From positions 2,688,001 to 2,752,000 of the forward strand of contig OZ252239.1 in assembly GCA_965249485.1 (NCBI GenBank): a DNA stretch of 64,000 nt. Direction: 5' to 3'. A program made the translations under genes and the position numbers. Below the pieces are notes generated by a model. It was given only the letters and a program-made list of their open reading frames with translations, was not told the origin of the DNA and did no database searches. The DNA is from a bacterium (lineage in GTDB: Bacteria > SM23-31). Shown one piece after another: positions 1-9,369 of the stretch; position 1 is the stretch's first letter; every line of letters begins with the position of its first letter.

Positions 1-2
1 TT

Positions 3-593
3 GCCGCAAATATCTTTAGATCTTCATTGTCCGATGAGTTATTGGAATTTATTAATCGCGACACGCTAACATTGGGCACGTGCAATGGTTTTCAGATCAT
101 TACGCTGCTTGGTCTTCTTCCCGCATTTGACAACAACTATCTTTCTCACACGGTAACGATTTCCCAGAATTCTTCAGCCAGATATGAAGACAGATGGGTT
201 AATATTTGCGTGAACAAAAAGTCACCTTGCGTTTTCACCAAAGGATTAGAAAAACTTTATCTTCCAATCCGGCATGGTGAAGGCAAAGTATATTCTCCTG
301 ATCAAAGTGTAATAGACAGAATAAAAAATTCTCAGCTGATTGCACTCCAGTACTGTGATCCAAATACCGGTCAGCCGACTCAAGAATACCCGCATAATCC
401 GAATGGCTCGCTCAATGCAATTGCTGGTATGTGTAACGAAACCGGTAGAGTGTTTGGATTAATGCCTCATATAGAAGCCTGCTTAAGTCCTTACAGTCAC
501 CCGTCTTGGACAAGAATGAAATCTGAAGATACCATTCCTGCCGAAGGTGATGGAGTTCAAATCTTCAGGAATGCTATATCTTATTTTAATTAA
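3..593 (+). CDS. purQ: Phosphoribosylformylglycinamidine synthase glutaminase subunit PurQ (5' end outside window)
   Basis: LGTCNGFQ nucleophile motif, PIRHGEG, NPNGS and GLMPHIE; frame is open back to the window edge. Confidence 0.9.
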   Translation, partial: AANIFRSSLSDELLEFINRDTLTLGTCNGFQIITLLGLLPAFDNNYLSHTVTISQNSSARYEDRWVNICVNKKSPCVFTKGLEKLYLPIRHGEGKVYSPDQSVIDRIKNSQLIALQYCDPNTGQPTQEYPHNPNGSLNAIAGMCNETGRVFGLMPHIEACLSPYSHPSWTRMKSEDTIPAEGDGVQIFRNAISYFN

Positions 594-609
594 ATCAAAG
601 TGAATATAC

Positions 610-1728
610 TTGATTAAATTGGATCCCAATCAAAAACATATTGCAATATTAGGATCAGGCCCTTCCGGTTTGGCAGCTGCTATCAATCTTGCAAAGCACG
701 GCTACTCTGTAACGGTATATGAGCAAAAAGAAAAACCCGGTGCACGGTTTTTGAACGGATGGCAAATCCTCGAAAACTACTCCTCTCATACCGACGTTCT
801 TTCTGAATTAAAAACAATGAATTTAGCACATAATTTTGATTTCCATCCTAAAAACACTATGAGTTTTTATGACAGCAGGTTGAGACATTATGATCTGTCA
901 AGTAAGAATCCCTTTGGATATTTTGTGAAAAGAGGAATGCAAAAAGGAACACTTGATACTTCCTTGCATGAACAAGCAATACAAGCTGGAGTTAATTTCC
1001 ATTTCAATTCTCGAATTGATATCGAGGAAGCTGATATTGTTTCGGGCGGCTCAATGTATGCATCAGGGATTGCAAAAGAAATAGTGTTTCAAACAGACGC
1101 CAACGACACATTTATGACAATCCTCGATGAATATCTGACTCCTCTCGGTTTTTCATACCTTTTTATCATAAACGGACACGGCACAATTGGAACAGCTGTC
1201 TTAAGGAGCTTCAATCACATTCACTCGTTCACAGAAAATGTCGCACTACGATTTCAACAGATCCAACCATTCAAACTCAATAATCCGAAAGAATCTGTAT
1301 CTTCAGTCGGTTTTTTTCTTCCGCAAACCGCAGCATTTGGCGGCAAACTATATGTTGGAGAAGCAGCAGGATTTCAAGATTTCCTGTTTGGAATTGGGAT
1401 TCGGCGTTCATTACAATCAGGATATTATGCTGCTCAGAGCATAATAACTGGAACTGATTATGACAAATTGTGGAAACATGAAATCGGTACTCAAATTCGC
1501 TCAGGCATACTTAACCGGTTTTTCTATGAGCATTTAGGGAATGCTGGTTTCACAGGTCTTCTCAGGCTCGGTAAGCATTTTGATTTTCAAAAAACGGGAT
1601 ACTTTTTGCAAAATCCCTCTATATTTCGTAAACTTTTAATTCAGGGCATTCAGTCCGTATGGGGAAACAGAAATGAATGCAAACATGGTAAGCGGTGTGC
1701 TTGGTGTAGACCTCCGGTAAAAATATGA
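610..1728 (+). CDS. NAD(P)/FAD-dependent oxidoreductase, geranylgeranyl-reductase-like
   Basis: GSGPSG Rossmann motif; VGEAAGFQDFLFGIGIRRSLQSG resembles the GGR-family GD(E)AAG...G.GI motif; C-terminal CKHGKRCAWC. Confidence 0.75.
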   Translation: MIKLDPNQKHIAILGSGPSGLAAAINLAKHGYSVTVYEQKEKPGARFLNGWQILENYSSHTDVLSELKTMNLAHNFDFHPKNTMSFYDSRLRHYDLSSKNPFGYFVKRGMQKGTLDTSLHEQAIQAGVNFHFNSRIDIEEADIVSGGSMYASGIAKEIVFQTDANDTFMTILDEYLTPLGFSYLFIINGHGTIGTAVLRSFNHIHSFTENVALRFQQIQPFKLNNPKESVSSVGFFLPQTAAFGGKLYVGEAAGFQDFLFGIGIRRSLQSGYYAAQSIITGTDYDKLWKHEIGTQIRSGILNRFFYEHLGNAGFTGLLRLGKHFDFQKTGYFLQNPSIFRKLLIQGIQSVWGNRNECKHGKRCAWCRPPVKI

Positions 1729-2594
1729 GATTAGAATCAAATAAATTATCAAATGCATATCAGCATTGTAAAAATTTAACCAAACAGGCAGATTCAAATT
1801 TTGCTCTTAGTTTCCGATTTCTTCCAAAGGATAAACAGAACGCTATTTACGCTGTTTATGCTTTCAACAGATGTGCCGATGACTTTGCCGACGAGTTAAC
1901 AGGCGGAGATGAAAGCCTGAATAAATTAGAAGTATGGGAACGTATGCTCGATGAGTGTTATGCGAATCATGCTCCCGATCATCCGATAATGCTTGCGTTT
2001 ACAGATGCAATCCATAGATACAACATTCCTCAAAAGCCATTTCAGGATGCAATTTATGGATTTAAGCTTGATCTTTCTGTGAGTCGATATAAAACGTTTG
2101 ATGATTTACTAAATTATTGCGATTTGGTTGCGGGAACAATAAGCACAATTTGCCTCCATATATTTGGTATGCTTGATGATAAGGCAATTGACTATGGTAG
2201 ATATTTAAGCTATGCGTTACAATTAACCAATATCATTCGTGATGTAGGTAAAGATATCGCCCTCGACCGTATTTATCTGCCCAGTGAAGAGTTACATAAA
2301 TACAATTATGACGAGAATGACCTCTTGTCTCTAAATGATAATGATAATTTTTACGAGTTGATGAACTTTCAGATTGAACGTGCCCGTAATTATTACAAAA
2401 AAGCAAATCCACTTATCGAGGCTATTTCTCAAGATTCTCAGTTTACGGTAACCATTATCGGCGCAACGTATGCGAAACTATTAAATAATATATCAGATAG
2501 CGGAATTCCCGTATTGCACGATGTCGTGCGGGTAACAAAATGGGAGAAATTCAAGCTTGTAACTAAAAATATAATCAATCCAAGCTTTATATAA
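1725..2594 (+). CDS. Squalene/phytoene synthase family protein (HpnD/CrtB-like)
   Basis: YAFNRCADDFADE (DDxxD), YCDLVAG, LQLTNIIRDVGKD, RIYLP; 4-nt overlap with the upstream oxidoreductase. Confidence 0.9.
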   Translation: MRLESNKLSNAYQHCKNLTKQADSNFALSFRFLPKDKQNAIYAVYAFNRCADDFADELTGGDESLNKLEVWERMLDECYANHAPDHPIMLAFTDAIHRYNIPQKPFQDAIYGFKLDLSVSRYKTFDDLLNYCDLVAGTISTICLHIFGMLDDKAIDYGRYLSYALQLTNIIRDVGKDIALDRIYLPSEELHKYNYDENDLLSLNDNDNFYELMNFQIERARNYYKKANPLIEAISQDSQFTVTIIGATYAKLLNNISDSGIPVLHDVVRVTKWEKFKLVTKNIINPSFI

Positions 2595-2627
2595 GTGCGG
2601 ATAGATAATAGAAAGAAAGGTATACTT

Positions 2628-2783
2628 ATGGAAGGATTATCACCGTATCAGACCATTCTTATGTGGGTAATTATAGCACTACTATGCTGGCAGTCACTTT
2701 TAACAGCAAAAATGAACAGATCAATTGATAAGATTTTCAAACTAATGGAAGGGAATTCGGGAGAAAAGCAGAATCAAAGTTAA
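2628..2783 (+). CDS. Small single-pass membrane protein (51 aa), hypothetical
   Basis: ATG at 2628 after GAAAGAAAGG; hydrophobic segment TILMWVIIALLCWQSLL. Confidence 0.55.
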   Translation: MEGLSPYQTILMWVIIALLCWQSLLTAKMNRSIDKIFKLMEGNSGEKQNQS

Positions 2784-2856
2784 ACAAACTTTAAAGTATT
2801 TTGTATGCTTTATATCCTTACAAAACCTCAAACACAAATGATATGGAGTCGACTCA

Positions 2857-3543
2857 TTAATCCTCTAAATACCGGTAATTATCCACACCAATGTAATGTG
2901 CACTATAATAAAGCTGCCCCTCAATCTCTAACGATTTTCCTATAGAATTATCGTTATTGACGAGGTTTTCTGCTCCCTCATTATGGGTAAATGACCACAC
3001 GTTGCCGTCACTACTTAAGAAGCCGACATTATGTCCATCAATTCCACAATCATGATTTGCTTTATATTGATTCTTTAAATAGCATCCCACACAGACAATC
3101 TGTCCGACAACACGAGCCTGAATTCCATCTGACGAGATAGGAGAAACAGACATATTTGGTAACGGTTCAATCGTAATGTCCTGTCTGGGCAATACATTGA
3201 AAATATCGGTACTTAATAGCACCGCAAGTAATAGAGAAGCTGCTATTGTAAAACCTGTAACTGGCCTAAAAGTTAGATTGATTTTTTTCAAAATCCAGAC
3301 AGAAGTGGATTTTTGAGCTACTGAAATTTTTTCAATGATATCCTGCTTCAATTTCTGACTTGCAGGAACACGTTCCAACTTTTCATCAATGAGACGATGA
3401 ACACCAAACTGTACTTTTAAATCAGTACGGCACTCATGACATGATTCAATATGTTCGTCCACCTGTGCCTGAAGCTCCGGTGAAAGTTCGTTATCAATAT
3501 AAGGAGAAATAAGCTCCTTAACCATTCTGCAATTCATACTCAT
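2857..3543 (-). CDS. Transmembrane zinc-binding (zf-HC2/ZAS) anti-sigma factor
   Basis: N-terminal MNC...EHIESCHEC (HxxxCxxC), one TM helix, extracytoplasmic C-terminal domain; ATG at 3543 overlaps the sigma factor stop (ATGA). Confidence 0.85.
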   Translation of the reverse strand: MSMNCRMVKELISPYIDNELSPELQAQVDEHIESCHECRTDLKVQFGVHRLIDEKLERVPASQKLKQDIIEKISVAQKSTSVWILKKINLTFRPVTGFTIAASLLLAVLLSTDIFNVLPRQDITIEPLPNMSVSPISSDGIQARVVGQIVCVGCYLKNQYKANHDCGIDGHNVGFLSSDGNVWSFTHNEGAENLVNNDNSIGKSLEIEGQLYYSAHYIGVDNYRYLED

Positions 3544-4130
3544 TGTCCTTCCTGAAAAAAACCTTCTTTTTTTGCATACTTTAATAGCAGTTTGAACATC
3601 ATTTTTCTCGCTCTCGATAGTCGCGATCGTATCGTTCCTATCGGACATTCCATAATATCTGCTATCTCTTTATACGAAAATCCTTCAATATCCGATAAAA
3701 TGATTACCATTCTAAAATCGTACGAAAGTTTTGAAAGTGCTTCATTAATTTCATCACTTAGAAAGTTTTTGGCAATATCTTCATCAAGCGTTCTTGAATC
3801 AAAATGGTCTTTCTTTTTTATCAGTTCTAAGAAAGGTTCAATCGCATCGAAATTTACAAGATCCGGCTGTTTTACTTTCTTGCGATATTTGTTAATAAAT
3901 GTGTTTTTGAGAATCTTATATAGCCACGCCTTACAACTAGTCCCTGGTTCAAATTGCTCAAAAAAACGAGACGCTTTGAAATATGTATCCTGAATCAGAT
4001 CTTTTGCGTCATCTTCATTATAGGTCAACTTGAGAGCTGAATTGTAGAGTGCATCCATGTATTGTATGGCTTCAGTTTCAAATGCCTCACGTTTTTCTTC
4101 AATGTTGTCCCACATAGTTTTATAACTCAT
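3540..4130 (-). CDS. ECF RNA polymerase sigma factor (SigH/SigR-like)
   Basis: Region 2 DAKDLIQDTYFKA/KAWLYKILKNTFIN; region 4 EGFSYKEIADIMECPIGTIRSRLSRAR. Confidence 0.95.
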   Translation of the reverse strand: MSYKTMWDNIEEKREAFETEAIQYMDALYNSALKLTYNEDDAKDLIQDTYFKASRFFEQFEPGTSCKAWLYKILKNTFINKYRKKVKQPDLVNFDAIEPFLELIKKKDHFDSRTLDEDIAKNFLSDEINEALSKLSYDFRMVIILSDIEGFSYKEIADIMECPIGTIRSRLSRARKMMFKLLLKYAKKEGFFQEGQ

Positions 4131-4159
4131 TATGAACTTGAGGCAACATTATGAACAAT

Positions 4160-4185
4160 AACATCACCCTGCACTATTTAGTTCC
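4160..4185 (-). promoter_or_regulatory. Putative ECF-type autoregulatory promoter
   Basis: Minus strand GGAAC-N18-GTT, 30 nt upstream of the ECF start codon; matches SigR/SigH-type spacing. Confidence 0.6.
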
Positions 4186-4263
4186 GCCTTTACGATTTTA
4201 AATTCATAGACAATTTAATGCATGATGTCAATAGAAGAAATATTGATGAATGTAGAAATATTC

Positions 4264-4968
4264 TTATTGCTCTTTTTTGGTAATCCATGAATCCACAAAT
4301 CCCATTTCCCGATACGTTGCCAGTGTCTTTGCCGCGTCTTTGTATGATCGAAATTGACCAATTTGTATCTTCCAGAAGTTATTCTCATTCAGTAATTGTG
4401 CATCAGAAACATCAAGTATCAATAAATTTTGAAACAACTTTTCTGCCTTGGATTGATTTTGTGTTGCAATTAGCTGAACGGTATAAAAACTTACTAATTG
4501 AGATGAGTTAAAAACTTCTCCAGGATCCATTTGTAGTGAAGGCTGTTTACTCGTAGCACGAACATTGATTATCCATGCATCAGGCCAACCGTTAATTTTT
4601 AACCTGTTCCGTTCGACTTCACTGTCCTCTCTTGAGAGAAAATCTCCAACTTGAACCTTTCAGAGTGACTCCTCATTCACTACATAAATAGTCTTGTCTG
4701 TTAGTTTCTGCAGATTCTTTTTTTCGGTTTCAGCCCGATCATAGTCCGTTGTTGCCAGAATTTGTATTTTGAAAATATCCCGTTTCCCTGCAATAGGCGG
4801 TGGCAATTCGAAAGCTTCATTAGGACTCGCTTGTGCCGTATTCTCTACTTGAGAAGGCCCAGTATAAACAGGAGATGTTCGAACTTCTTTAAAACGGGAA
4901 CATGAATAAAGTGATATACAAAGCCCGATTATTACGCAGAGTTTTGTGAATAATATTTTATTATACAT
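4264..4968 (-). pseudogene. Lipoprotein with two SPOR (peptidoglycan-binding) domains, interrupted by one in-frame TGA (probably a sequence error)
   Basis: Lipobox LYSC; ORFs 4660..4968 and 4264..4530 share a frame; TGA at 4660-4662 reads ESL*KVQVGDF, paralleling NNFWKIQIGQF in the second SPOR repeat. Confidence 0.75.
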
Positions 4969-4974
4969 AGCTCG

Positions 4975-5661
4975 TCATTTGTTATGACGTTTAAAAGTAT
5001 AGGTTCGTGATGTCCAGGTTGCTATTGGTTTATTAGCCTTATCACGTGCAGCATGATATTTGCTCTTTCGAGCAGCCTGAATCACCAAATTTTCTAATTT
5101 TTTACTTCGAGTTGTATTATTTATTATTTCAAGCTCTGTAACATTTCCAAACTTATCAATATGAAGTTTAACTTCAATTATTCCTTCATGACCTTTATTG
5201 ATTTCGGATTCAGGAAATTGGGGAAGTGTCTCCACAAGTGGTCGTGGACCAACTGCTACTTTTGCAGCGCCTATAGGAAGAGAAGGCAATTCCACAGCAT
5301 AATTAAAATCGTAAATTTTAATATCGTATTCAATTTCATCGAGCTGCTCATTTACCTCTTCAGAAGAGACGGGAATTGCCGGCGTTCTTGGGGGAGGTGG
5401 AGGTAATTTCGTTTGTTTTGTTTCGGGGATGTCTTCGGCTATTAAGATATAATCTATCGGAATATATGGCGAATTTGTGTTTGATTTATAAGAGCCTTGA
5501 AATGAGAGTACAAGTACTATTACAATTACCAGGGAAACGACAAGTCCACGATGAAAATATAAGCTTTCCTTTCCTCTGCTATCTACCAGAGGATGCTTGG
5601 GCGATCTGCGTACTATTGTGAAACTGTTGCGAAAATTTTTATTTTGGAACGACATGATCAA
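4975..5661 (-). CDS. Energy transducer TonB family protein (second copy)
   Basis: N-terminal TM helix, Pro-rich LPPPPPRTP linker, TonB_C-like PQFPESEINKGHEGIIEVKLHIDKFGNV. Confidence 0.75.
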   Translation of the reverse strand: MIMSFQNKNFRNSFTIVRRSPKHPLVDSRGKESLYFHRGLVVSLVIVIVLVLSFQGSYKSNTNSPYIPIDYILIAEDIPETKQTKLPPPPPRTPAIPVSSEEVNEQLDEIEYDIKIYDFNYAVELPSLPIGAAKVAVGPRPLVETLPQFPESEINKGHEGIIEVKLHIDKFGNVTELEIINNTTRSKKLENLVIQAARKSKYHAARDKANKPIATWTSRTYTFKRHNK

Positions 5662-5676
5662 TTATTGTATAAGGTG

Positions 5677-5709
5677 AAAAAAAAGAGGCAGTGTTCAATA
5701 CTGCCTCTT
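5677..5709 (-). terminator. Rho-independent terminator after tonB
   Basis: Minus strand AAGAGGCAGT-ATTGAAC-ACTGCCTCTT followed by a T-run. Confidence 0.8.
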
Positions 5710-5752
5710 ATAAATACAATTTTCTGAGTACAATGTTCCAATTTATTCATTG

Positions 5753-6421
5753 TTAAGGATATTTTATAATGCCACCCATGTCAAGTTGGAATCTGATAGG
5801 GATACTCATCCAGAACTTTACAGGCCTCCCTCTTTGTTTTGCCGGGAGAAATCGTACTTTTCCAATGGCGGACATTGCTGCCTCATCACAACCACTGCTC
5901 CCAAGAGAGCGCAACACCTGCATATCAATTGGAATACCTTCTTCACTGACAAGAACTCTTATTTGCACGAGACCCTGCACACCGGCTTTACGCGCAAGCG
6001 CTGGATACACAACATTTTTCTGAATCGCACTTAAACCGCCGATAATTTGCGGTTGGTCTTCAAGCGGAAGAAAATCTGGAATCTCATCCTCTTCTGAGGG
6101 TGGAGGTGGCGGAGGAGCGCTGAATTCGGTGAAATTTACCAAATCTGTCTCATCAATAGTTATATCTTCTAAAAGGTCCTCATCTTCTGATTCAATAGGT
6201 AGTGCTGGTGCTGCAGGAGGCGGCGGACGTTTGATCTGTTCGGTTTCAGGAATATCTTCCACTTCTATAATCTGCTGATCCATATCCAAATTTAAATCTT
6301 CACTCTCAAAATCTTTAAATGCAAGGAAAAGAGCAATATGAAGACACAAAGAAAGCACGATACAAACCTCAACTGTCTTCCGTGCCTTTAATTTCATATT
6401 TACCTTTGGATTAATTTTCAT
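5753..6421 (-). CDS. tonB: Energy transducer TonB
   Basis: TM helix with SLCLH (SxxxH), Pro-rich linker, YPALARKAGVQGLV TonB C-terminal domain. Confidence 0.9.
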   Translation of the reverse strand: MKINPKVNMKLKARKTVEVCIVLSLCLHIALFLAFKDFESEDLNLDMDQQIIEVEDIPETEQIKRPPPPAAPALPIESEDEDLLEDITIDETDLVNFTEFSAPPPPPPSEEDEIPDFLPLEDQPQIIGGLSAIQKNVVYPALARKAGVQGLVQIRVLVSEEGIPIDMQVLRSLGSSGCDEAAMSAIGKVRFLPAKQRGRPVKFWMSIPIRFQLDMGGIIKYP

Positions 6422-6516
6422 AATACTCCCTCATGATATTGTTTAATAAGGTAGCTGTCAAGATACTCATAACTCCCCAATTAAATAACGACATGCTCCA
6501 AAGTAAAGTTCAATTA

Positions 6517-6933
6517 TTATTGTGGTTTAACAGAAGCTGCAAAGTTAACCCTCAGAGCCCCTGCTTTCCTAAGTTCATTATTCGCTTTTGAAATTGATTC
6601 CATTCTAACACGCTTGTCATACTTGAGAGACATAAGCAATTGAAGATCAGCACTTCTTCTGTTGTATGCTGCCTGATATAATGTTCCATCGTCCGGACTA
6701 ACCGGAAAATCATCAAATGACATGTTGCCGGCAGTGTCTATCCAAAGATAACTCGAATGACTTCGACCTTCTATCTTAACAATTGATTCCGATTCCGGCA
6801 ACTCAACTTTTAAACCGCTGTAATTTCGGAGAACGGTTGTTACCATAAAAAAGAACAGAAGCATAAAAACGATATCCGGGAGAGAAGCTGTAGAAATTTG
6901 GGAATGCACTTCTGATTTTCGTAAAAATTTCAT
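6517..6933 (-). CDS. exbD: Biopolymer transporter ExbD/TolR
   Basis: TASLPDIVFMLLFFFMVTT TM motif with the conserved Asp. Confidence 0.9.
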   Translation of the reverse strand: MKFLRKSEVHSQISTASLPDIVFMLLFFFMVTTVLRNYSGLKVELPESESIVKIEGRSHSSYLWIDTAGNMSFDDFPVSPDDGTLYQAAYNRRSADLQLLMSLKYDKRVRMESISKANNELRKAGALRVNFAASVKPQ

Positions 6934-6945
6934 TGAGAATCTCTC

Positions 6946-7350
6946 CTATTGGTCTAATTCCGCAATTGATATTCGCGTTGCTCCCGACAACTTCACCTGA
7001 TCAAGAACTTCAATAAATGTATTGTACGCAACCTCTTTATCGGGTTTAATTGAAACAATAAGCAAATCATTTGCTTCGAGTCTTGTTTTTATATTTTGTG
7101 TAATAAGTGGAACGGGAGTCAATTCCTCGGAAACCATTACCTCACCACCGGCATTTATCAATACGTTAACGATGTTGTCTCTCGGAACATTGAGCTGATC
7201 ACCCCATTGCGGGAGCAACATCGGAATACCTTTATCCGTGTTGATTGTTGTGGTCACCAGGAAAAACACCAGAAGGAGAAAGGCAATATCAGCCATTGAA
7301 CTCGTTGGTATTTCTCCAGCATTTTTTGGGCGGCGTTTTTCAACTAACAT
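6946..7350 (-). CDS. exbD: Biopolymer transporter ExbD/TolR
   Basis: TSSMADIAFLLLVFFLVTT motif. Confidence 0.9.
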   Translation of the reverse strand: MLVEKRRPKNAGEIPTSSMADIAFLLLVFFLVTTTINTDKGIPMLLPQWGDQLNVPRDNIVNVLINAGGEVMVSEELTPVPLITQNIKTRLEANDLLIVSIKPDKEVAYNTFIEVLDQVKLSGATRISIAELDQ

Positions 7351-7365
7351 GTAAATCCTCTTCGA

Positions 7366-7983
7366 TTATGCAGCCGTTTTTTCCATTTCAATCAGCGTAT
7401 CAACAAGATCAACTGAACTTTCTTCCATATCAATAATAATTTTATCTATGCGCGAAATAAATACATTATTGAAAAATTGGATAATCATTGCAACGATGAG
7501 CCCAAATAGCGTAGTAAGCAACGCTTGCGAGATTCCACCCGCAACAATTGAAGGGCTGATTTCATTAGCTGCCGCAATGTTTTCAAATGCTACAACCATT
7601 CCCCATACTGTCCCAGTAAATCCAAGCATAGGAGCAATAGCGGAGATAGTTGAAAGCCATATGAGTCCGCGCTCGAGAAAGGCCATTTCAACTGTACCTG
7701 CACTCATGATGCTTTTCTCAACCTGCTCAACACCACGGTTGGAGCGCATCAGGCCGGCATGGAAAATCGATGCAACAGGTCCTCTCGTATTTGCACACAC
7801 ATCGAGAGCCTGCTGAATTCCGCCTTCTTGAAGGGCGTTCTTAATTGTAATTAGGAATTTCCGTGTGTTAACAGATGCCATAAAAAGATCATAAAGTTTC
7901 CAGAAAGATAATGCAACGCCTAATACCAGCAATACCAGAATAGGATGCATGAAAACACCACCTTGAATATACAAATCCGTCAT
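7366..7983 (-). CDS. exbB: MotA/TolQ/ExbB proton channel protein
   Basis: APMLGFTGTVWGM and GGISQALLTTLFGL motifs; ATG at 7983 follows AGGAGG. Confidence 0.92.
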   Translation of the reverse strand: MTDLYIQGGVFMHPILVLLVLGVALSFWKLYDLFMASVNTRKFLITIKNALQEGGIQQALDVCANTRGPVASIFHAGLMRSNRGVEQVEKSIMSAGTVEMAFLERGLIWLSTISAIAPMLGFTGTVWGMVVAFENIAAANEISPSIVAGGISQALLTTLFGLIVAMIIQFFNNVFISRIDKIIIDMEESSVDLVDTLIEMEKTAA

Positions 7984-8083
7984 AATAAAAATCCTCCTAA
8001 AAAGTATTTTCAGCTTTATATTAGTGAAGGAATGAGTTTTCAAAAAAATGAACTATTAACAACAGTTTAACCAATAGGGAATA

Positions 8084-8112
8084 AGTGTACATAAAATATT
8101 GTGAAATGTCAA
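8084..8112 (-). promoter_or_regulatory. Putative sigma70 promoter of the exbB-exbD-exbD-tonB operon
   Basis: Minus strand TTGACA-N17-TACACT. Confidence 0.6.
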
Positions 8113-8213
8113 TATGTTTTTCACCAACTTTTTGTTAATATTTCACCTTAAATAGGTAGCGAATTATTATATGCTGCCATGTGCAAATCAGAGCTAAAAA
8201 TGGGGTGTATTAT

Positions 8214-9296
8214 TTATTGCCAACGAATATTATTTCGATGGAATCGATTAATATTCAAATCAATTGAGAGAGATACTCTGTGTGAATTACCTAACTCGTT
8301 AAAATTGTCAAAACTAGTAAATGCATAATCGACAATCAGCTGTTTGATATGCACACCAACTCCAAAAGACAACCTTTTCAAATCATCATATCCAATTCTG
8401 AATGCAGAGACAGATTTAAAATCCAATTCCAATCCGTAGTGCATGTCCACGCTCATCGAACCAATATTGTATTGCGATGACGACTGTCTGCTTTCAAATC
8501 TAATGTCTGAATCAATAACAGGAATAATTGAAAATGGCAACGAATCAAAGTTGAGTGAGTATGCAGATCCCACTTTTAAAGTTGGACTGATTAACTCCCT
8601 GCGGCCGGTATCCCACGCTACAACAGTTGAGGTCATATCCATGAGATTCACCCCATAGGAGAATTCGCCTATGTGAGAAAGTAAACTTGCGTCAAATCCA
8701 ATTCCCCAAGCGGAATTGTCTCCAATGTTTCGTCTGATTAATTTAACATTCATACCGAAATAGGTTTTTTCAGATCTCTGGTGGGCATAGCTAAAGAAAA
8801 ATGCATAATCGGTATTTGAGAAAAATGTTATTGCATCGACATTAAGGCGTTCATTTTCATCTATTCTCCCATTCGCCTGAATTGAATCGATTAATGCATT
8901 TCTGGTATCGGGAATCCCATCAATTCCAAGTCGAATAACACTTACTCCGAATGTGTTTTTTTTGTGGAACGGTAACACTACACTTAAGAAATCATAATTA
9001 ACTTCTCCTGCAAACTGTTCGGCATGCATCATTGAAACTTGGAGCTTCTTGAGCTGACCCATACCGGCGGGATTCCAGTAGGTTGATGTTCCATCGTCTG
9101 CAAGAGCAGAAAATGCCGAACCTAATGCCTGCGGACGCGCACCAACACCAATAGCAAGAAACTCACCTGCAAATTTTCCTATGTTTTGGGCAATCAAATG
9201 CCCCGGCATAATAAACATAGCAAATACAATAAAAAATATTTTTAAATCTGGAATCTTGTGCAATTGGATGTCCTCATAACCAAAAAACCGAATCAC
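8214..9296 (-). CDS. PorV/PorQ (UPF0164, FadL-like) family outer-membrane protein
   Basis: Signal peptide, then FLAIGVGARPQALGSAFSALADDGTSTYWNPAG; C-terminal DYAF...LGNSHRVSL. Confidence 0.8.
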   Translation of the reverse strand: MIRFFGYEDIQLHKIPDLKIFFIVFAMFIMPGHLIAQNIGKFAGEFLAIGVGARPQALGSAFSALADDGTSTYWNPAGMGQLKKLQVSMMHAEQFAGEVNYDFLSVVLPFHKKNTFGVSVIRLGIDGIPDTRNALIDSIQANGRIDENERLNVDAITFFSNTDYAFFFSYAHQRSEKTYFGMNVKLIRRNIGDNSAWGIGFDASLLSHIGEFSYGVNLMDMTSTVVAWDTGRRELISPTLKVGSAYSLNFDSLPFSIIPVIDSDIRFESRQSSSQYNIGSMSVDMHYGLELDFKSVSAFRIGYDDLKRLSFGVGVHIKQLIVDYAFTSFDNFNELGNSHRVSLSIDLNINRFHRNNIRWQ

Positions 9297-9369
9297 ACCT
9301 CTACTGTCATGATCCGGTTACCAAAAATATTTTTAATGATTGTGCTAAAAAACCTTTGAATAAAATGTA

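Noticed and set aside
4660..4662. Alternative genetic code or selenocysteine/pyrrolysine recoding suggested by in-frame stops
   Set aside because: The interruptions use TGA, TAG and TAA, and all three also end normal genes here (nusA TGA, cdaA TAG, infB TAA). Trp is TGG elsewhere, and frameshifts co-occur, which favours sequence error.
8214..9296. PorV-like gene as evidence of a complete type IX secretion or gliding locus
   Set aside because: No porK/L/M/N, sprA or porU recognised in the window; the family is broader than T9SS PorV.
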